DNA of 52,310 bases, filler included, from Ionaspis alba (Eukaryota): assembly GCA_964255285.1 (NCBI GenBank). It is 3 parts of 3 records of this genome, joined end to end, with 100 filler letters (N's around TTAATTAATTAA, not from the genome) between each part and the next. Parts side by side here need not be neighbours in the genome. Positions count along the whole stretch, not along the records: positions 1 to 17,397 come from CAXUUL010000319.1; positions 17,498 to 34,868 come from CAXUUL010000320.1; 1 more part is not named here. The stretch is one strand, 5' to 3'. Each line of letters begins with the position of its first letter. Positions within the stretch are counted from its first letter, which is position 1. The notes below the pieces were generated by a model. That model was not told where the DNA came from and did not search any database. It worked only from the letters and a program-made list of their open reading frames with translations. Positions 11,533 through 24,160 of the stretch are shown here, piece after piece. A program made the translations under genes and the position numbers.

Positions 11533-12800
11533 ATGCACCAACCACTGTCCCCTATATTCTCTTTGCTGCGCACTGCTTTTCGCACCTCCAAGCCTCGACG
11601 GCACCTCAATCCCTGTAACCGCACAATTTCAACTTACGGCTACACCCAAGCCAGAGCCCTCGTCTACAGCAAACACGGCGAGCCAAAAGACGTCCTCTCG
11701 TACGCCTCCTGGCCTCCGTTCCCAACGTTCCCACATACTTTTTGCAACAGCAGCCACATACTAACAAACATTCGACCTCCAGTCTCCACACGCATTCCCT
11801 CGCCCCACCTCACTCCAATCTCCTCACCCTCCGCACCCTCGCCACCCCGCTCAACCCCGCCGACATCAACCAAATTCAAGGCACCTATGCCTCTCTCCCA
11901 CCGCTAACCACAACCCTCGGCACACCCGAACCATCCGCCGTCCCCGGCAACGAAGCTTGCTTCGAGGTCCTCTCCACCGGCTCTTCCGTGTCGACAGTCA
12001 AGCGCGGGGATTGGGTGATCTGCGCGCAGACAGGCTTGGGAACATACCGGACGCATTTACAGATCCCCGAGAACCAGGTGATCAGAGTGGAGAAAGAGGG
12101 TCTCGAGAAGAAACAGGTCGCGGCTGTGGGCGTGAATCCAGTAACGGCGTGGAGGCTGCTGAAGGATTTTGGTGCGAGGGAAGGCGAGTGGGTGGTGCTC
12201 AATGGAGGCAATTCCGGGGTAGGAAGGGCGGTCGTGCAGTTGGCGAAGAGGTGGGGCATTAATACCATTGCGGTTGTGAGAGATAGGGAGGGAGAGGAGG
12301 GAGTACGGTTACGGAAGGAGATGCAGGAGCTGGGAGCTACGAAGGTGGTGAGCGAGAGTGAGGTGCTAGGACGTGGGTTCAGCGAGATGGTCAAGGAATG
12401 GACAAACGGTGGAAGGGAGAGACTCGGATTGGCGCTGAATTGTGTTGGCGGGAAGCCCGCGACAGCCCTGGCGAAGGTGCTGAGTCCTGGTGGTAGGCTG
12501 GTCACGTATGGGGCTATGAGTAAGCAGCCGATGGTTGTGCCGGCGGGGATGCTGATTTTCAAGGATGTAAGGTTCGAGGGGTTTTGGGTTAGTAGGTGGG
12601 GCGATGAGCACCCAGAGGAAAAGAGGAGGACGGTGGATGAGTTGTTGCAATTGATGAGGGAGAAGCAGTTTAGGGATACTCCTGTGCAGGAGGTTACTTG
12701 GGGGTGGGGGACTGGGAAGGAGGAGTTGGTTGAGGCGGTGCAGGGGACGCTGGAGGGGTATAGGAAAGGGAAGGGGATGTTTGTTTTTGAGGATATGTGA
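11533..12800 (+). CDS. ETR1: Mitochondrial 2-enoyl thioester reductase (MECR), 2 exons
   Basis: Arg/Ser-rich presequence, YGYTQARALVYSKHGEPKDVL, intron 11700-11782, PLNPADINQIQGTY, VNPVTAWRLL, NGGNSGVGRAVVQL, LALNCVGGK, VTYGAMSKQP, FEGFWVSRW. Confidence 0.95.
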
Positions 12801-13258
12801 TCGGGCGGGAAGGAGTGGTGCTGAGGATTCTTGTGCATATTCCAGTAGAGCTGATATAAGTGCTTACAGCGTACAATTGATTGGACTAATTCCAATCAAA
12901 GCTACCCAGAAATATTTGCACCTTGTTTCTTGACGTTCAACTCATCTGAACAGCTCGAACTATTTGAGATGGACCTCATTTTGATGTCCAAGTTATGTTA
13001 TTCGATATGCCAAGAACTATTGATACAAGAGCTTTATGCTTTCTTTTCCATTTACCAATGCTATGTGCTTCCTGCAGACGCTCCAGAAAAAGCTCCCACT
13101 CGTCAACCAGTAGCTATTTTTACCCAGAAAAATGCCAAAGCATGACTTCCTTGACTACAACATTAAGAACAACAATTAGCATATTCTTTTTCTTCCGGGC
13201 CATTTAGAACATGAAAGCCCCATTTCAAGGCTCGGTAGCCCGTGCAGGATATCCTCCA

Positions 13259-14128
13259 TTACTTGATATCCCGAAACATATCCCCGTCGCCCAAGAAGCC
13301 TCCACCACCCACTCTTCCCAACTCCGGCAGCATCGGCGGTGGGCTTCTCTTGCGCTCCTCCTCTTGATAACTCTCTGGTCTCACATTCTCTCCTTTGTCC
13401 TCATAACTTGCTTTTCCTTCATAGCTCCCCACCCTGGTATTCTCGGACATGCCATCTTCGTCGACCATCAGACTGCTCTTCCTAAGCCCCCAGAAAGCAC
13501 TACTTCTTTTCTTCTTGAGTGAGGGCCGGAAGCTGGACGTCGTGCTGACGCTGACTGGAGAGTCTGGACGGGCAGAGAGAGGGGAGGAGGCGGGAGAGGT
13601 GCTCTTGTAGGTATTGTTTAAGGACCGGAGGGAGAGAAATTTGCGAACGCTAGAGGGGCGTTTTGTTGATTGTGGTTGAGCGATATTCGTGGTTATCGGA
13701 GGTGGAGCGTTACGTGACTGCGGGGTGGCTGTTTTGATTGGCTGGTTGAGAGATATTGTCGAAGAAAGGTAGTCTATTTGAGACAACGTGGTTCGAGGTT
13801 TGGAGAGATAGTCCGTTGAAGGAGTTCTGGTCCGCGACTCGGGACTGTATGGTGGGCTGATTCGGGAGGAGTAGGTGGCAGACAGAGGGCTGGCAAAATC
13901 GGAGCTGGAGGTAGGATGTTGACGGAGAGGATTCGGACTTTCGGGGAAGGATGGCGAGGGAAAGTTTGTTCGTAGTGGTGGTGCAGATTTTGGTTTCGGT
14001 GGTGGAGAGGGAGATGGTGGGGGAATGTTTGTACCATCTGTGAGGGATTCGGAGGTGAAAGGCAGAGCTGGTAATTGGAATTGGTGGGTTGTGATCCCAT
14101 TATTGGTTGTGAAACCATTGGAAGGCAT
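13259..14128 (-). CDS. Ser/Pro-rich, probably disordered hypothetical protein
   Basis: Single ORF of about 290 aa from the ATG (MPSNGF) with motif-like islands SLTDGTNIPPP, KRPSSVRKFLS, LKKKRSSAFW and the C-terminal PPPMLPEL...GDMFRDIK. Confidence 0.7.
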   Translation of the reverse strand: MPSNGFTTNNGITTHQFQLPALPFTSESLTDGTNIPPPSPSPPPKPKSAPPLRTNFPSPSFPESPNPLRQHPTSSSDFASPLSATYSSRISPPYSPESRTRTPSTDYLSKPRTTLSQIDYLSSTISLNQPIKTATPQSRNAPPPITTNIAQPQSTKRPSSVRKFLSLRSLNNTYKSTSPASSPLSARPDSPVSVSTTSSFRPSLKKKRSSAFWGLRKSSLMVDEDGMSENTRVGSYEGKASYEDKGENVRPESYQEEERKRSPPPMLPELGRVGGGGFLGDGDMFRDIK

Positions 14129-14899
14129 TCTGAGACGAATTGGGAACACCGTGCCCGCGGTGTCTGCTTTGCCGGAAACGACTGTGAGAAAATGGGAATG
14201 AAAAGTGCTAGTCAATCGTGGACCGCAGTACTATCCAAAGCACATAGGAACAAGAACGAAAGGAATGGAATGCGAAGGCGGGAGCTTTTGGTGGATGTTC
14301 GGACGGTTTGCTTTGCTACGGAACCATCTCGGCACATGGATTAGGTATCCAATCAGAATTGACCGTTGAACGCGGCACGGCTCAAGCCCTACCCCTTTTC
14401 CAGTCCTCAGCTCAAGTAGCCAAGATATACAGTATCGCAATCATTTCACGAATGAGGGTGACATAGCTATGGCTACGAAAGTCCGCACTCTCGATGGAAA
14501 GCCATGTATGGAATTTAGCAAATTGATTCTATTGGAGTTCCAGCGTCTGCTCGATAGGTAGAGCGCGATTCGTTAAGTGTTAGCGAGTCCTTCATTCGTA
14601 ATCAAATGTCTAGTGACCTTGACTAGAACTCTCCTCTGGGGATTCCTCAAGTGCGGCATGGCCGAAACATGCTGTATATTGTTAAGCTCCTCCTACCTCG
14701 AATCTTCATGGGTACGACGCCGATGTAGCAGATATATGATGAGGTAAAAGTCTTTCCGTATCAAGTGACCGACCAGCATCAACATTACCAACAATGGTAC
14801 ACTCTCTGTCTCTGCGGCCGAGATAAAGCTCTCGGTTACTTTAGAGCAATGGGTCGTCTAGCAGAACAAAGATAAATGTTATGGCGTCAATGTATCTTT

Positions 14900-16918
14900 T
14901 CAAGGTCTCTTATTGTTGTCTCCTGCCCCAAAACGTCTTGTCACAGACAGGAGCCCCTGATCATCCGACGAATTCTCAAACCATTCATGAAATTCAATAG
15001 AGTCTTCTCCTTTCCCCCCTATGCGGTAACACGTCATCTTCAAACGGTGCGGCAGAAGAGATAACAAAATAGTCTTCTGACAACCATCTTCGTCAGGTTC
15101 AGTCGTGAGCTTTCCATCGTAAGTGGTGGAAGCTTCCCATACCCCCGTCTCAGAGCTGATGATGGTGACGAGATCGAGGGTCAATAGACGAAGCACATGA
15201 TCTTCCACTTCCTGCGCAGTGACGAAGTTTGATTCGCGAGGAATATGGGAGGTAAGAGATTCGTTTGAAGGACCCATATTGACCTTATATTCAGTGCCTT
15301 GGATGCTGTGGTTCCGAAGGTGAATTTGCATTGTCGAAGCTGCTGAAGGTCCCGACAATGTGATGGTTGACAACAATGGAGAGGAGAACAGATCAAGAAG
15401 CGCCTCAGCAATGGATAGATCTTTACCAAGGTTGTTGCTGATAGACTTAATTGCATCGAAAGGGCTTTTCGACTCTTTTATCTCCAAAGTTATATCAGCA
15501 TGGGCCAATATCTTACGTAGCCTGTTGAGAAGGTCGAACGTCGCCTTTCGTGAATTTTGATGCTGCAACAACGCAAGAATAGGTCGTAATATCGAGTACA
15601 CCGGGCGCGATACTCTTCTCTCCGTTAGTGGCTGTGGAGGCTGAGATCGACGTTTCAGGTTTTCTCTATGGGCGTGACACAACAGGATTCTCAAGGCTGA
15701 TACGACGATGTCTGGTAGATGATCTCCAGTCGGTATCGTTCGTTGAGTAAGTTCTGTGTTTTCCTGTAAAAGCGTCTCGGGAGACACTAGGTCTAGCAAA
15801 ATCTGCTTGTCTTCCTCTAATGATAAAATTACGAGGTCAGTGGTACATTTTATCCCTCTATTGGTCATCTTCCGTGCTTCTCGAAGGAGTTCGTAGTAAA
15901 GCTCTTCGTCAAAAATGTGATTTCGAGCTTGCAATATCGTGCTCTCAATTGAATGGTCCTGGATCTCCTCGGCCAAAACACTCTGCGATGACGCGATGAT
16001 CCGACCTTGGTGTTGAATCCGGCTCCGCAGGACGCGACGAGCAGGAGCATTGAGCCCAAGATCAAGATTGATGATTCCGCCTTCACCTCGCCGTAGAGCC
16101 GCCAGTCCTCGATCGCGGAATTCTGCAGCAGCTGTTATGCGTGTTAGTAAGCAAGATTTTCACGACGAGATGGTCATACCCTCGGCAAACCCGTAGCGGA
16201 CACTAAGAGTGTGTTTCTCTCGAGGCAATCGACTCAATGACCAGCCTCTTTCTTTGACAGCGAGCACTTGCTCCCAATAGGTTGCTTCCTGCTCCATTTC
16301 TTTCTCTAGTCTTGTAGCTGATTGTAGCAAGGAGTCTGCGGCGGCGTTCAAGGACTGTAATTTCCAACCAGTAGAGATCATCTTGTCGTTAGCTTTCGTC
16401 GACTCGGCAGTATTTGGCAATTGAACGATTTCCGCGCCGAGACTTCCCATTGGAACTTGCTGCTTCAAGAAAGTTGACATGGAGAGTTCTGCTTGTCGTG
16501 GCGTTGACTTAGAGAGGAGTAAGGATATGAAATCTAATGCGTAGCTACTTTGCACTTGAGCCTGTCTGTCGCAATTGTGAGTTTCACGTACAAGCATTTA
16601 CTCGTACTGCGGGGACTCTCACGCAACCTGTTTGAGTATCTCATCACGTGCAGCCATCACCTCCTCCCTTTTCGTCTTTCCATCGGCAGATTCGCTTTTC
16701 AGCATTGAGTCATCAGTGTCCCCAGGAACCTCTCCTTTCAGTCCGGCATTTTGTATTTCATCCCCGAGACTATTTTCTGTGACGTGACGAAAGGACCCTC
16801 GTTGCTCATTAATTCGAGATATCAGGAACGGCAATGCTTCTCGATCAGTAATAGGAGCAGGCCAGGCTCGCAAAGACAAGGAAAATTGATCCGTCATTGT
16901 TGTGGACGATGGCTCCAT
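14900..16918 (-). CDS. MED17: Mediator of RNA polymerase II transcription subunit 17, 3 exons
   Basis: LSLRAWP, ISRINEQRGSFRHVTE, ALDFISLLLSK, LEKEMEQEATYWEQVL, VRYGFAE, EFRDRGLAALR, ILQARNHIFDEELYYEL.RE, LRILLCHAHRENL. Two introns verified in frame. Confidence 0.93.
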
Positions 16919-17397
16919 AACGAGCGTAGCTGTCAGCTATTTGCATGGAGACCTGGATACCTAAGTGGAGAGTGTAACGACAGAGGAGTGCAGCTTAGCC
17001 GTAGCAACGGAGCATTGGGAGTGGAAGCTTGGCGATGAATCCTGGATCCGGCAGCACAGAGAATCTTTAGTCCTGAGCGAATAGAATAAAGCACCACTTG
17101 CCAAGAGATGCATGTGCAGCTGAGGTATGGGATACTCCAATGTAGAACTCTTGGAGTGCCATTATGTAGTCGATCTCGACATATAAAGACGGTTTTGTTT
17201 GAGACAGGACTTTGATTAAGCGCTCTTTCTTCAGCTTGATCAACCAGTCGGGCCGAGAGTCTTGTAGGGCTGCTTACGCGCTAACCGATAAGAATCTTTG
17301 ATAAGCGAAGCTTGAAGCTTGGGGCAACGAGGGGAAAGAAACAGCTGGAGCTGCTCCTCCCATTTCTTTTTGTCTTGGCTTACTCCACTCTCCACTT

Positions 17398-17497
17398 NNN
17401 NNNNNNNNNNNNNNNNNNNNNNNNNNNNNNNNNNNNNNNNNTTAATTAATTAANNNNNNNNNNNNNNNNNNNNNNNNNNNNNNNNNNNNNNNNNNNN
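17398..17497. other. Artificial scaffold/contig linker N44-TTAATTAATTAA-N44
   Basis: Palindromic all-frame stop spacer at 17442-17453 centred in Ns; identical construct at 34869-34968. Confidence 0.95.
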
Positions 17498-18507
17498 GAA
17501 ATCACTTCCTCCCCCTCCTCCTCCAAGCCTCTCGTCGAGCCATCGCTGAAGATACCCTCCCTGAGAGCCAGTCGAGAAGGAGCATGAGAGTGAGGAAGAG
17601 TAGGCTCGATGTTCAAGGCATGGAGGGGTGGCTCTAATTCCTGCATTTCGACGCTGGAAAGCGGAGGCCCAAGATCGAGGTCGATGTCCATACTATCGAC
17701 ATCCTCATCCATATCATCGTCTTCGAAGACGGATGGCAGTCGCGTGGTAGTGGGTGAAATACCGGAGGCAAAAGAGTCGCTACGCATGCCTTGGACCGGG
17801 ATCGCGCTGTCCATGTCAGCTTTGAAAGCCGCAAAGTCCTGGATCACGGCCGAGGTACTTGCAAGTGCTGGTGAAGGCGTGTGCGTAGCTTCTGAGCTAG
17901 GCTTGGATGTTACCTGCTTCACACGCGAGGTCTTCCGTGTGCTCTTGATCTTTGGCCGCCACCGACACTCACTGGGGAAGTCACAATCGCTTTCACAGTT
18001 CTTCTGCGCGCTGATTGCATAAGATGTCCCGCCTCTGCTTTCGCCTTCTGAAGCGTCACTCCAAACCTCATCTTCGGAGTTCTCTCGTCGCCATTCCGCC
18101 CAAGCTTTCCATCCCACGTAGTCGAAGACGCTTCCACAGGCTCTGTGCTTTTTCACACGGCCGGTGCGCCGATCGACGCTTGTGCCGGCGCAGAAGAGGT
18201 GTCCGTCGTGGAGACAGCGTCGGGTTGCGGCAAGGGGGAACTGTGTGTGGCAGTGGTGGCAGGACCACATCCATAAGGGTGGGATTGCAGGTGGAGGGTC
18301 TGTCATCTTGACAGAGGGGGTGGAGTTCGCTCGGGGGGCCAGGAGGGGAGGAGCAAAGTCGTTGGAGGAGTATGCATGGAATGAGGTTGCGGAAGGAGTG
18401 AAGAGAGGTGAGAGTGGTGAGAGCGGGGAAAGAGGTGAGTGGGGAGGTGAGGTGTTGCGGAGTAGAGACGGTTGCTGGGGAAGAAATGATGTTTTTAGAG
18501 CTACCAT
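17498..18507 (-). CDS. Hypothetical protein with Cys/His putative metal-binding motifs; 3' end lost in linker gap
   Basis: Open frame from the ATG (MVALKTSF) with SPLSPLSPLSPL, WMWSCHHC..ATRRCLHDGHLFC, RACGSVFDYVGWKAWAEWRR and KNCESDCDFPSECRW. Confidence 0.75.
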
Positions 18508-19119
18508 TGCTGAAGCTCGAGGTGTGAATAGGTGTATCTCTGTATCTGTACGGACAAAATTTTCTAAGTTCAAAGACAAGACGAGTTGTGCTGTATGCAG
18601 TCTGTTGCAACGAGAGTGATGCAGTTGTGCCCAGAAGGAAAATAATGTCTGGAGACGAAGACAAAAGAGATATCAGAACCTCGGGAGAGTCGACATCGAC
18701 GATGACAAAGAAGACTTGTACTATAGTAACAGTTCCATTACACATCCTACGATCTGACACCTCATCTCCACACTCTCAAAGAATTTCATCCTCCACTAAT
18801 GTCTTCGCGAGACCCTTGAAACAAAGACGGAATGCGCCAACGTGGTCCACGAGGTCCAGTTCTTTGTTCCCCAGATGTCAGATCTTCGAAGGGTCTAAGC
18901 CGGTTGAGACGTCACCAGATCCGGACGTTCGAGAACGTGGCAATTCTTTGTTGCGCACGTGGTGGAGAGGAGCACACCGGTTTGACTTTGTTTAACACCG
19001 TAGACATGTAGTGTTTCTGAAATAGCCGCATAAAACTAGATTCAACTAGCAGGGTATATTTGCTGCATAGACCTCGATGCATGGTCCTTTTGGCATGATT
19101 CCGGCCCTGTTCAATTTCC

Positions 19120-22100
19120 CTAGAAGCCGGCCGAGTATCGACGTTGGGACCTTTCAAGGGCACGACTGTTATCGGATTCGACAGGGAGAGAATGTGAAAT
19201 GCTTAGTGAGGAGCCTCCGTTAGTATGATCGTCGTAGCTACCATAATCGTCGTAGCTATCATCATCGTCGTAGCNNNNNNNNNNNNNNNNNNNNNNNNNN
19301 NNNNNNNNNNNNNNNNNNNNNNNNNNNNNNNNNNNNNNNNNNNNNNNNNNNNNNNNNNNNNNNNNNNNNNNNNNTATCATCATCGTCGTAGCTATCATCA
19401 TCGTCGTAGCTATCATCATCGTCGTAGCTGCCATAATCATCGAAATTATCTAGAGAGTTCTTCGTCCACCTGGTCTCACGATAATCAGAGCCAAAGTTCT
19501 TGACTTGCTCGGCATAGACCAACTCGTACAATTCTTTGGCTTCATCGTAACGCCCGAGAGCCTTATATGATTTGGCGATCCAAAATTGAGTGTGCAGAGT
19601 CATGAAATTGTCTCCTTTTTTTGTCTCCGCACTGACAGCAAGCTGGAAGGACTTCAGTGCCATCTCGTAGTCGTGCAAACGATAATAGGCAATACCAATC
19701 TCGTATGACCCGTCTTCCGGTTTGCAAATACCTTTACCACGAGAGTCCTCGTGTCTTCTCAAGGTCGCTAGCAGACATTCTTTAGCTTGCGTCGCTTTAA
19801 CATGATTTCCCAAATAACCGTACAAACCCATAGTTAAAGCTTGTAAATGTATGTTTTTCCAGATAGATAGTTCTGGCACAAAATCTTGGCCATTACACAT
19901 CATTTCGTATAGCCTTAACGACTCCCGGTCTTGCAGCAGATAGTAGTTTGCCCAAATCATCCTGTGGAGGCAATCGATTGTATCTTCGTGCCTTTCGCCG
20001 AGGAGGAATTTCTGACCGAAGTAGGCTATCTCATAGGAACGCAAAGCCTCTATATCCATGCTTAGATTATCGTAACAGTCCGCTATGATCGTATATATTC
20101 TGAACTTTAGCGGCACATCCAAGTGATCGACCTTTTTCACAGCAGCTGTATAGACTTCAAGTGCCTCCTGAAATTTCTTAAGCTTGTAGTAGTAAAAGTA
20201 ACCAATGGCCATAAGGACATAGACAGATATACCGGAAGCTTTCCTAAGGATCAGCCGGAAGAGCACCTCGAGAGGGTCAATCAGAACACGTGTTTTGCTG
20301 AGAGAGGATCGCAGCCTTAGAAGTATCTCGATCTGATGGGCGACGATCAGCGAGGTTTGTCCGTCGAGAAGTGTTCTGATTCGAGCAACTGTATTGGCGA
20401 GATCATTTGAGCTCGGCGTTGAGCTGTGAAACAAAGTGGGAGGGACGTCATTTGCACAAGGTTCAGCAACAATATCTGGGGGCTCCCTCTTCCGAGGTTG
20501 GCCATGGCTTTCGGGTTCTGAGTGGTTGATCCACGCGAGAAGCGCCTCCAATTGCCCTGTGTATGGGTCTTCGTTCCTTCCCGAGAGTTGCGTTCCACTA
20601 ATCACTTCTTCCTTGAGCCTGTTTTTGAAAATGGTGAGGAGGCTCTTGCCCAGGTCGGTGTCTGCCCATCGATCTCTGAAAGCCTCAAACTCGCTCACTT
20701 GTGATTCGAGGGTAAGATCCTCGAACAAGTAGTGGGCAAAGTGTTCGACCCAGAAAATACTCTGTCTTGACTCTAAGACATTTTTAATCTTGGTTTGAGT
20801 AATCGGGCAAGGTGGGTCCGATCGGTTCAAATGGAAGAAGATGTAGAGCGTGGCGTACTCAAGCAAAGGGAAGCTCTCTCGAAGAGATCGAAGAGATTGG
20901 GAATTGTCAAGCCTTAAATTTTGTCTCCCCGATGTCATATAGTCGAGGCAGAGCCAAGCAAGACGACGGTGTGTTTGGGTGACGTCGACTCTAAAGTCTA
21001 GTACAGCCCGGTCAGATTCATGCACCCATTGATTTTCGGGACGGACTAAAAAGTCCCTGACAGATGAATGTGTAAGACGCAGGAATCCGCCTGTTATAGT
21101 GATAAGACCGCCACAAACATCGATCAGCCTTTCAGATGGCTGTAGCAGTAAGTAATCCTCGAGAGGCTGCGCTTTTCCTTCTGATGGCCTGCATTGAAGA
21201 GCGTGAGCGTATCGAAATTCGTCGAAATGGAGGGGCCGGTAAGAAGCCACTGTGAAGGCTAGGATATTGTGTGCTAGGCGTCGCTCAAACGAGTCGAGTC
21301 TTTGTATAAGGCGGAGGAAGACGAGTTGATATGCTTCCTCCAGCCCTCGAGGCAAGTTCTGTAGCCTCTCCTTAAATTCGGACCGCGAAGCTGACTTTCC
21401 GAGGTCGTCGACCATTAGTCTCACCCAGAGGAACATGCCGTCGGATCTATCTTTGAGATTCAGGAAAACATATTCACGAAGCTCCGGAAGTGAAAGAACG
21501 TCCGATTTTGCGATCTCATGGTGTAGAAAGGCCTCGATATCCTGGTTGAGCACTGTAGGAGTGAGATTGATTGTTACAACATTAAGATTGTTGGCTTGCG
21601 CCCGAACAACATGTGGCCGCCCAAGCAATGCTACACGTAAGTTTGAAGGCTGTTCCACAATACGCATAATATTCTCGAACAGCGAGGGTCCGAGGTCCAC
21701 GCACTCGTCGAGTCCATCAATAACACAGTATACCGGCTGAATAAATAAAGAGGTCATACGTCCGAAGGCGTCCCAAAGCTCAGGAATCGTTGGCTGACCA
21801 TCTGATCTTAGGCTGTGTACAATATTCACACATTCCTCGTCGGTAGTCTTGTGCAGCAGCTGCCACAAAAGTGTTCTAATAAGGTTTTCTGAGGTCCCCC
21901 GACTACCATCTGAGCTCGAAAAAGCAAAGAAGAGAACGTGCTGCTCGGGCTTTTCCAGCCTGACGACCACCGAGGAGGCCAGAATTGATTTACCGCAGCC
22001 ATGAGTGCCAGAAATAACGAGTAGTCGGTTCTGGGTAGCTGTGGAGCTTGACTCAACCCATCTCTTGAAGGTGTCATTCGATGTGATCCACTCGCAGGTA

Positions 22101-23036
22101 CCGTCTAGTCGAGCCTGGATTTGATGCTGGTGAACGTGGTTGATATCCGCAGGCTTCAGCCACTTCTTGCACTGAATCTTCAGCTCTTCATGCTGCCTTC
22201 GCTCTGTTTCTTTACGAGACTCCGAAGCCTTGAGAAGTTCTGTGGCAACAGCTGTTTGATCAGCAGCAAGAGCATGGCGTTGTAGCCGAGCTATCACTTC
22301 TCCAATGTCACGATCGAAGGAGCGCATTAGAATCCTCGTGATTTTCACTAAGACTCAGTAAGCAGTAGTCGTAACGTCCTGAAAACTCAGTAGAGCAGAC
22401 CTATCGCGTTTTGCTTATAGAATCGGAATGTCCGCACGGAAAAGTCAACTACATCGGTGAAGACCTTCAGAAGGGCAACTTGTAGTATATCATCGGACTG
22501 CAGCTTCTCATAGACCTCGAACCGAGGAAGGCATTCTGCGATCGAGTCCAACAGATTTAGAACTTGTTCCGTTGCCTTCGAGTAATCGCTTGAAACCTGA
22601 GTAGAACCATGTTTAGCCTTGGTACCTGTTCTCTATACGGCAGAGGCATACTGACTTTCAAGACGAACTTGATTGGCGCCCAAAGTGGACACCCAATCTC
22701 AGCCCTTGACTGTACAGCAACATCCACCACATCACTGATATTCTGCAACCAGGCTGTGTATTTCTGCAGCTTCTCCATAAACTTGCTCGACTTCTTCTTC
22801 TTGTGAGCTTGGCGTTTAAGCTCCACGATTTTCAGAACATCCGATAACGCTTCATTGCCCTCGACGCACTGTCGGAAGATTGCATCGCCATGGGGCAAGC
22901 GGGAATATGCCGCTTTCGCTTCCTCTATGGCTTGCTTCTGCAAGGTCGAACTGTATGAAGTATGTCAATGAACGCTGCAGCAATGATACGGCGATACTGA
23001 CTGATGACGACCTTGAGTCTCTGGAGGACTCTCCAT
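19120..23036 (-). CDS. Fungal NLR-like STAND protein: helical N-terminal domain + NACHT + TPR repeats + acidic repeat tail, 4 exons
   Basis: Exon 1 MESPPETQGRH spliced to ...DVAVQSRAEIGCPLWAPIKFVL and LPRFEVYE. Then RLDGTCEWI, Walker A GTHGCGKS, Walker B YCVIDGLDE, SDGMFLWVRL, LPRGLEEAY, LTHSSVRDFL, PLLEYAT and TPR-like helices (ALGRYDEAKELYE..FGSDYRET). The frame is assumed continuous across gap 19275-19374 to the stop at 19120. Confidence 0.9.
19225..19441 (-). repeat. 18-bp coding minisatellite (plus-strand unit tatcatcatcgtcgtagc = SYDDDD) collapsed into an assembly gap
   Basis: Several near-identical units on both sides of gap 19275-19374, with variant units encoding DDYGSY at both ends. 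Confidence 0.9.
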
Positions 23037-24160
23037 GGCATGATCTTTGAGCAGTAACTTGTCCGAGCAGCCGCCTCAACAATGGCCCTTTTGCGGTCTG
23101 CCCACGAGGCTCTGCAAGGCTGCGAACTCGACAGGACTTATATGTCAGGTGGGCGGTGCAGTCACCCACCCACCGTAGCGCGCAGCTTCATTACAAGGCA
23201 GAATTCCATAGAACAAGGCTGACTTGAGACGAGATGTGCTGGAGAGTCGAACGGATTGGTAAGGACTCAAACTCGCATTTGTTGTCGACTGGCGAGGAAG
23301 CCTCGATTCCGAATTCCTTGCCTAGCATTATTAGCTGGAGGAAGAGCCTTTTTTTAGGTGTCCCCCCTATTCGGCGCTCCCTGTCTCACCTAATTAGAGT
23401 CCCCAGGGAACCTTTTTAGCTACTAAATTTGCTGATGTATGCTCAGCGGCGATCTCTGCCCCCACGGGAGCTGTCCCTACGCGTACGGATAATCAAGCTT
23501 TATAAACCCTACACTTCCGCGGTTATGCCTACGTTCACGTTCTGAGCTGCAAGCCAGATCAAAAGGGAACATTAGTGAATCTAGTTACTACTGCTTGAAA
23601 GTGCTTTGTGTACATTGGAGAAAAAAAAACGATATGGATTCTTCACGTGCCTTTCGCTGAAAGATTACTGCGTTGTTGTTTTCCATGTCTGGTGCGACAC
23701 CCTCTTTCTTTACCTCTTCTCTTCCACTACCACTCCGTCATTGTATCTTGACAGCAGTATACTCAAGGATCTATGCAGTAAGAAAAGAGGAGAACACCTG
23801 AGAGCCTGGTGTATCCCTACCTTGCAGAGTGGAACGATTGGCTGCCTGAAGCGAGAAACGGCTACGCGAGCTCTGGACCTTACATCGATGCAGATGTTCC
23901 TGCAAGCCTCAGCGGCAAGGCACCATTTACAGTATAGAATGCTGGTGTTCTGGGGACTCAGTGTGGGCTACGAAATTAATCACACTTATTCTTGCTCCCT
24001 TTAATTCAGTACCGATCCGCCATATTCTTTCTGGAGAGCCTGTCTTCTGAGCTCTCTGTTCTCCTCCAGATTGAACCGCGAACTACACTGCTGCATCGTC
24101 GTTGCTAGCCCAAGCAGTTTGATACAGTTGCAAGCTACTGTCTTCACTTCTATTTCAAGT

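Noticed and set aside
11885..12895. 336-aa antisense ORF over ETR1 (similarly 33584-34555 over hexokinase and 27415-27969 over the channel)
   Set aside because: Shadow ORFs produced by codon bias of real genes on the opposite strand; no motifs.
17442..17453. Perfect palindrome TTAATTAATTAA, also at 34913-34924
   Set aside because: Centred in exactly 44+44 Ns both times; an assembly spacer, not a biological element.
19225..19441. CRISPR-like array
   Set aside because: Contiguous tandem units without spacers, inside a eukaryotic CDS.
22350..23036. Amyloid signalling motif at the NLR N-terminus paired with the HET gene
   Set aside because: The N-terminus is helical and charged with no N/Q/G-rich HRAM, PP or sigma-like motif. 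The HET gene is about 8 kb away across an artificial linker.
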